NCBI GenBank assembly: GCA_963793305.1
Contig: CAWBZV010000003.1
Span: forward strand, 1,408,001-1,472,000
DNA: 64,000 bases
Reading direction: 5' to 3'
From: an uncultured Gemmatimonadales bacterium
GTDB lineage: Bacteria > Gemmatimonadota > Gemmatimonadetes > Gemmatimonadales > Gemmatimonadaceae
The notes under the pieces were generated by a model. The model was not told the origin of the DNA, ran no database searches, and saw only the letters and a program-made list of their open reading frames with translations. Within the stretch, counting starts at the first letter, position 1. Every line of letters starts with the position of its first letter. The position numbers were made by a program, and so were the translations under genes. Positions 60,187 through 64,000 of the stretch are shown here, piece by piece.

Positions 60187-60965
60187 CGCTCCAGGAGCTG
60201 AGTGATAACCTGCGCCACGCGCTCGGGCGATTCCTCGGGCGCGTAATGCGCGTCGGACAACACGTCCAATGTGGCGCTGGGATTGAGCGCCTGCACCCCC
60301 CGCGCCGCCGCGACTGATTCGAACGGATCATTCGCCCCAGCGACCAGCGCCGTCGGCTTTGTCAGGCAGGCAGCGAGGGTTTCATCGGTGGGCAGCGCCG
60401 CCAACTGTGCCCCGAGGGCCGTGTGTCCTTCGGGTGTGGCGAACGGTCGCAGGTAATGCTCGAGCGAGCGATTCGCGCGCTCGGCGTCGACGTACCCGCG
60501 ACGCATGCGCGACCGTACGGCGCTCATGAGCAGCGGTGTCGGAACGTATCGGGCTCCCCTGAGCAACGACCATGATCGGCCCGCTCGGAGCGTGGCATTC
60601 ACGAAGCACAAGTGCGATGCACGCGGGGAATCGTCAATGGCGACGAGATTGGCGACGGCGGCGCCGAACCCGTGCCCCACGAGACACGCGCGGTCGATGC
60701 ACAACGCATCGAGCAGCCGTACGAGCCGTTTGGCGTGCGCCCGAGCCGTGAGCGGCTGCCCGGACGGCGGATCGCTTCGCCCGTGTCCGAGCAGGTCGAC
60801 GACAACCGTGCGGTGCCCGTCCGGCAAGCACGGTACCACGCACGACCACAGGTGCGATGACGTGAGGCACCCGTGGATGAGCACAACGGGCTCGCCCGCG
60901 CCTCGCGTCCCGGCCGCGTAGTAGTACAGCCGCGCTCCGCCGACGTCGACAAACTCGCCTCTCAT
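60183..60965 (-). CDS. Alpha/beta fold hydrolase-like protein
   Basis: VVLIHG, DLLGHGRS, LVGHGFG, HYAPEE. Confidence 0.85.
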   Translation of the reverse strand: MRGEFVDVGGARLYYYAAGTRGAGEPVVLIHGCLTSSHLWSCVVPCLPDGHRTVVVDLLGHGRSDPPSGQPLTARAHAKRLVRLLDALCIDRACLVGHGFGAAVANLVAIDDSPRASHLCFVNATLRAGRSWSLLRGARYVPTPLLMSAVRSRMRRGYVDAERANRSLEHYLRPFATPEGHTALGAQLAALPTDETLAACLTKPTALVAGANDPFESVAAARGVQALNPSATLDVLSDAHYAPEESPERVAQVITQLLER

Positions 60966-62797
60966 GTGATCTCGGCGGCCACGATGCGGCCGGCGATCGC
61001 CGAGGCAGCGACAGTGTACGGTGACGCCAAATAGAGCTGGCCGGGTCCCGACCGCCCCGGGAAGTTGCGGTTGATGGCCGAGATGGTCACCTCGTCAGCC
61101 CGCCGCGATACACCCGGGCCGGCATTGATGCACGCGCCGCACGAGGGCGCGATGAGCGTCGCGCCCGCGTCTTGGAACACGCGATCATAACCCTGCTCGA
61201 CACAGTAGGCGTACACGCTCTCGGACCCACACTGGATATAACATCGCACACCTGGCGCCACGCTGCGGCCAGCGAGGACGCGCGCGTACATGTCCATGTC
61301 GTCGCGCTTGCCCGCGGTGCACGAGCCGGCGTACGCGATGTCGATCGCCACTTGGCCGAGCTCGTCGACGCGACGGCCATTCCCTGGATCGCCCGGTAGC
61401 GCGACCATCGGTCTCAGCGCACCGGCGTCGATTTCGATAGTCGTCGCGTACGTCGCGTCCGGGTCCGAGGCCAGATCATCGAACGCCGGAATCACCGCCG
61501 CGCGCCGAGTGACGAGAAAGTTGGCGGTGACGTTGTCCGGGGCGACAATGCCTGAGAACGCGCCGACTTCGGCCGCCATGTTGGTGAGCGTGGCGCGCTC
61601 ATCGATGGACCATGAGGCGACGGCATCGCCAGCGTACTCGATGATGGCTCCGATCGCGGCGCCGGATCGCACGAACGGGTGCCGCAAGAGTTCGAGCATC
61701 GCGTCCTTTGCCGTGACGTTCGACGGAGGACGACCGGTAATCAGCACGCGCACGATGGGAGGCACGACGATGCGGACATCGCCGGTGTACCACGCGTTCG
61801 CAACGGCGGTGGTCCCGATGCCGAATGCCAGGCAGCCGAGTGCCCCTGCGTGCGGCGTGTGGGAATCGGAGCCGACGATGATCTGGCCGGGCAGGGCATA
61901 GTCCTCGAGGATCTTGCTATGGCAGATCGCCTCGGACCCACCACGCGGAACCTCGCCATGGAGTCGGATGCCCTGCTCGGCGGCGAACTCCCTTTGAGCT
62001 TTCTCCAACGACATCGCCACGTCGAGCAGCTCAGGCGCGATATTGGTCTCGGCGAGAAAGGTCAAGTGATCGCGAAAGCACAAGACGCTGTCGGGGTCCT
62101 TTACTCTCGCATCTCTTCCGAAATGCTCATAGAAGATGCTGGCCGCCATCGGCGTGACATACTCATGGCTGAACCGGAGATCGGCGCGAACGAATCCCTC
62201 TCGCGCCCAGTGCCGATCGATGATCTTCTCGGCCAGAGTCTTGGGCTTGAGGTTGAAGTACCCGAGCCCGCCGCACTCGATTATGCCGCGGCTGATCGCA
62301 TCAGCGTGCCGGGTGAATTCGACGATGGGCACCGATTCGCCCCGCCGAAGACGGGCGAGCAACTCAAAATCTGTCGAGGTCAAGAGCCCGAGATTCTCGC
62401 AATTCTCGCGATAGATGCGCTCAAAGCTCTCGGCGAACACCACACGGATGCCGGCCGCGAGCTCGGCGTACGGGGATGCCTCCCGAGATGAGCCCTTGCC
62501 CCGCCGCCGCCCGGCGACGGATGCCGCAAATCCGCCTCGGGCGACCGCGCCACGAGTCACGGGGAACTGTCCGCCCGCCCTGAGCCCGAGGTAGGCGAAC
62601 TCCCCGAGGGTCTTATCGTGGTAATAGCAGATGGACGCGGGCGTGATCTCGTCGGTCGAGAGGTCGTCCCGCAACGGACCGGCCGTTTCGAGCTCCTCGC
62701 CGGCCAACTGCCGCGCCATAAGCGCTGCATCATCGACCAGAAACAGAACTTTGCCTTCCAGCCGGAAATGCTCGCGGCGTCTAGCGATTTGCGTCAA
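60962..62797 (-). CDS. Aconitase family protein, LeuD-like swivel fused N-terminal to LeuC-like domain
   Basis: STDEITP, GSSRE, AESFERIYREN; DH, DSHT, GSCT, CGAC, NRNFPGR. Confidence 0.88.
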   Translation of the reverse strand: MTQIARRREHFRLEGKVLFLVDDAALMARQLAGEELETAGPLRDDLSTDEITPASICYYHDKTLGEFAYLGLRAGGQFPVTRGAVARGGFAASVAGRRRGKGSSREASPYAELAAGIRVVFAESFERIYRENCENLGLLTSTDFELLARLRRGESVPIVEFTRHADAISRGIIECGGLGYFNLKPKTLAEKIIDRHWAREGFVRADLRFSHEYVTPMAASIFYEHFGRDARVKDPDSVLCFRDHLTFLAETNIAPELLDVAMSLEKAQREFAAEQGIRLHGEVPRGGSEAICHSKILEDYALPGQIIVGSDSHTPHAGALGCLAFGIGTTAVANAWYTGDVRIVVPPIVRVLITGRPPSNVTAKDAMLELLRHPFVRSGAAIGAIIEYAGDAVASWSIDERATLTNMAAEVGAFSGIVAPDNVTANFLVTRRAAVIPAFDDLASDPDATYATTIEIDAGALRPMVALPGDPGNGRRVDELGQVAIDIAYAGSCTAGKRDDMDMYARVLAGRSVAPGVRCYIQCGSESVYAYCVEQGYDRVFQDAGATLIAPSCGACINAGPGVSRRADEVTISAINRNFPGRSGPGQLYLASPYTVAASAIAGRIVAAEIT

Positions 62798-62815
62798 AGG
62801 TGCCTAACGTTACGC

Positions 62816-63955
62816 GTGACCGTGCCGCTCCAGCCCGCTCCGGCGCCGCCCATCGCGGCGGGGGCCCCGGCCCCACCCGTCAAATTCCCGCTCAGCTGGC
62901 TGCTCGACCATGCCTCACCACCCATTCAGTATCGCGCCATAGCAGAGGTTGCGCGACTCTCTTGGGCGGCAAGCGACCCATTCTCCGCGCTCCCGTACGC
63001 CCACCTCCCGGCGGTACGGCTCGCGCTGAGCCAGCGCGCCGACGGCGAGTGGGGCCCGACAATGCTGGGGTTGCCTCGTAACGATGCATTCGATGGCATC
63101 GGCACGATCAACGCCGTGCGCCGACTCGTGGAGTACGGCTGGGAGCGCGAATCTCCACCGCTCGCCAAGGTCCGGCGCTTATTGTTCAGGCTGCTAGCCG
63201 AGGATGAGGACCCTGCGTTTCTGTTCGAGTTCGCGGATGGCTCCGAGGATGAGGACATGGCGCGCAGGGGGAGAGCGATCCTGCGCGAGGCCGCGGCAGC
63301 CACATTGGCGCAGGCCGGATACGAAGGCGACCCGAGACTCCGCGGTGCCGCGCGCCGGATCATCGAGCGGATCAATGCGTATTTGAAGTCGCTCCCCGTG
63401 AACGGTATGCGGCCCATATGGGTGCGCGTCGGCAATCGCCAAGTGCTGCCGCCAGAGGCGGCGCCGCCCACGGTGCACGCGATCATGATGCTCGCGTTCA
63501 TGCCGCAATTTCGGAGCGAGTACCACGAGGCCGTGGAGCGTCTCTACCAATTCTTGACGCAGCCACTGCCACGACAAGAGTCCGCGCAGTTGGTCGGCAC
63601 GACGCCGGTGACGCAGCCTCACTTCGTCCTGGGCGACTTGCTCCCCCATTGCAATGCCGTCGACGCCGACGTCCCGTTCGCGCTCATGTGGATGGAGCTG
63701 CTCGCGCGCTTGGGATTCTTGCGGCGCAATGACAACTGGTCGCGCTTGTTCGAGCGCTTCCTCGACGACCGCGATCGCAACGGCGTCTGGCATCCGCACA
63801 AAGGCCTCGCGAGTCCAAAGACCGAGCACCCCGTCGCGTGGGCGAGCTATCCGCTCGTCGAGGACACCGCCGAGGGCGAGGACCGATGGGCCGACGTCAC
63901 GTTCCGCTTAGGCCTCATCGCCCGGTTGTCCGGCCGCCCGATAGAGCTGATCTGA
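62816..63955 (+). CDS. Conserved hypothetical helical protein (possible prenyltransferase-like alpha/alpha barrel)
   Basis: WLLDHASPPIQYR, QRADGEW, DRDRNGVW; start GTG 62816 inferred. Confidence 0.65.
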   Translation: MTVPLQPAPAPPIAAGAPAPPVKFPLSWLLDHASPPIQYRAIAEVARLSWAASDPFSALPYAHLPAVRLALSQRADGEWGPTMLGLPRNDAFDGIGTINAVRRLVEYGWERESPPLAKVRRLLFRLLAEDEDPAFLFEFADGSEDEDMARRGRAILREAAAATLAQAGYEGDPRLRGAARRIIERINAYLKSLPVNGMRPIWVRVGNRQVLPPEAAPPTVHAIMMLAFMPQFRSEYHEAVERLYQFLTQPLPRQESAQLVGTTPVTQPHFVLGDLLPHCNAVDADVPFALMWMELLARLGFLRRNDNWSRLFERFLDDRDRNGVWHPHKGLASPKTEHPVAWASYPLVEDTAEGEDRWADVTFRLGLIARLSGRPIELI

Positions 63956-64000
63956 CGCGGTTGCACGGCCGGTTAGATCCGAACGAGATGTTCCCGGCAG

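Overview
High-GC, very gene-dense bacterial chromosomal segment. Gene content and architecture suggest Gemmatimonadota (inference only). No rRNA, tRNA, CRISPR array, phage or transposase was seen. The window holds mostly housekeeping and cofactor genes: a suf operon (sufB-C-D-U plus a Rieske ferredoxin, with no sufS), two FHA proteins, a TPP riboswitch with thiC, rnd, a SufT-like protein, two ECF sigma/zinc anti-sigma pairs, queG, LOG, greA, glpD, fadI/fadJ, proline dehydrogenase, rsgA, GH16 and a transglutaminase-like protein. It also holds a contiguous minus-strand cofactor cluster (pqqB-C-D-E, PAS histidine kinase, bioF-A-D-B, pdxH), OsmC, an S53 protease, TerC, a fused 2-oxoacid dehydrogenase E1, nadE, a class A PBP, lon, a membrane Ser/Thr kinase and a swivel-first aconitase-family fusion. 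Most notable observations: (1) the PQQ-kinase-biotin-PLP superoperon has no canonical pqqA, only a Glu-less peptide ORF in its place; (2) divergent gene pairs 9-19 bp apart share symmetric -10 elements, consistent with leaderless bidirectional promoters; (3) the TerC gene appears to start at ACG; (4) seven single-base frameshifts probably reflect long-read error. Product calls come from motif recognition, not database searches.
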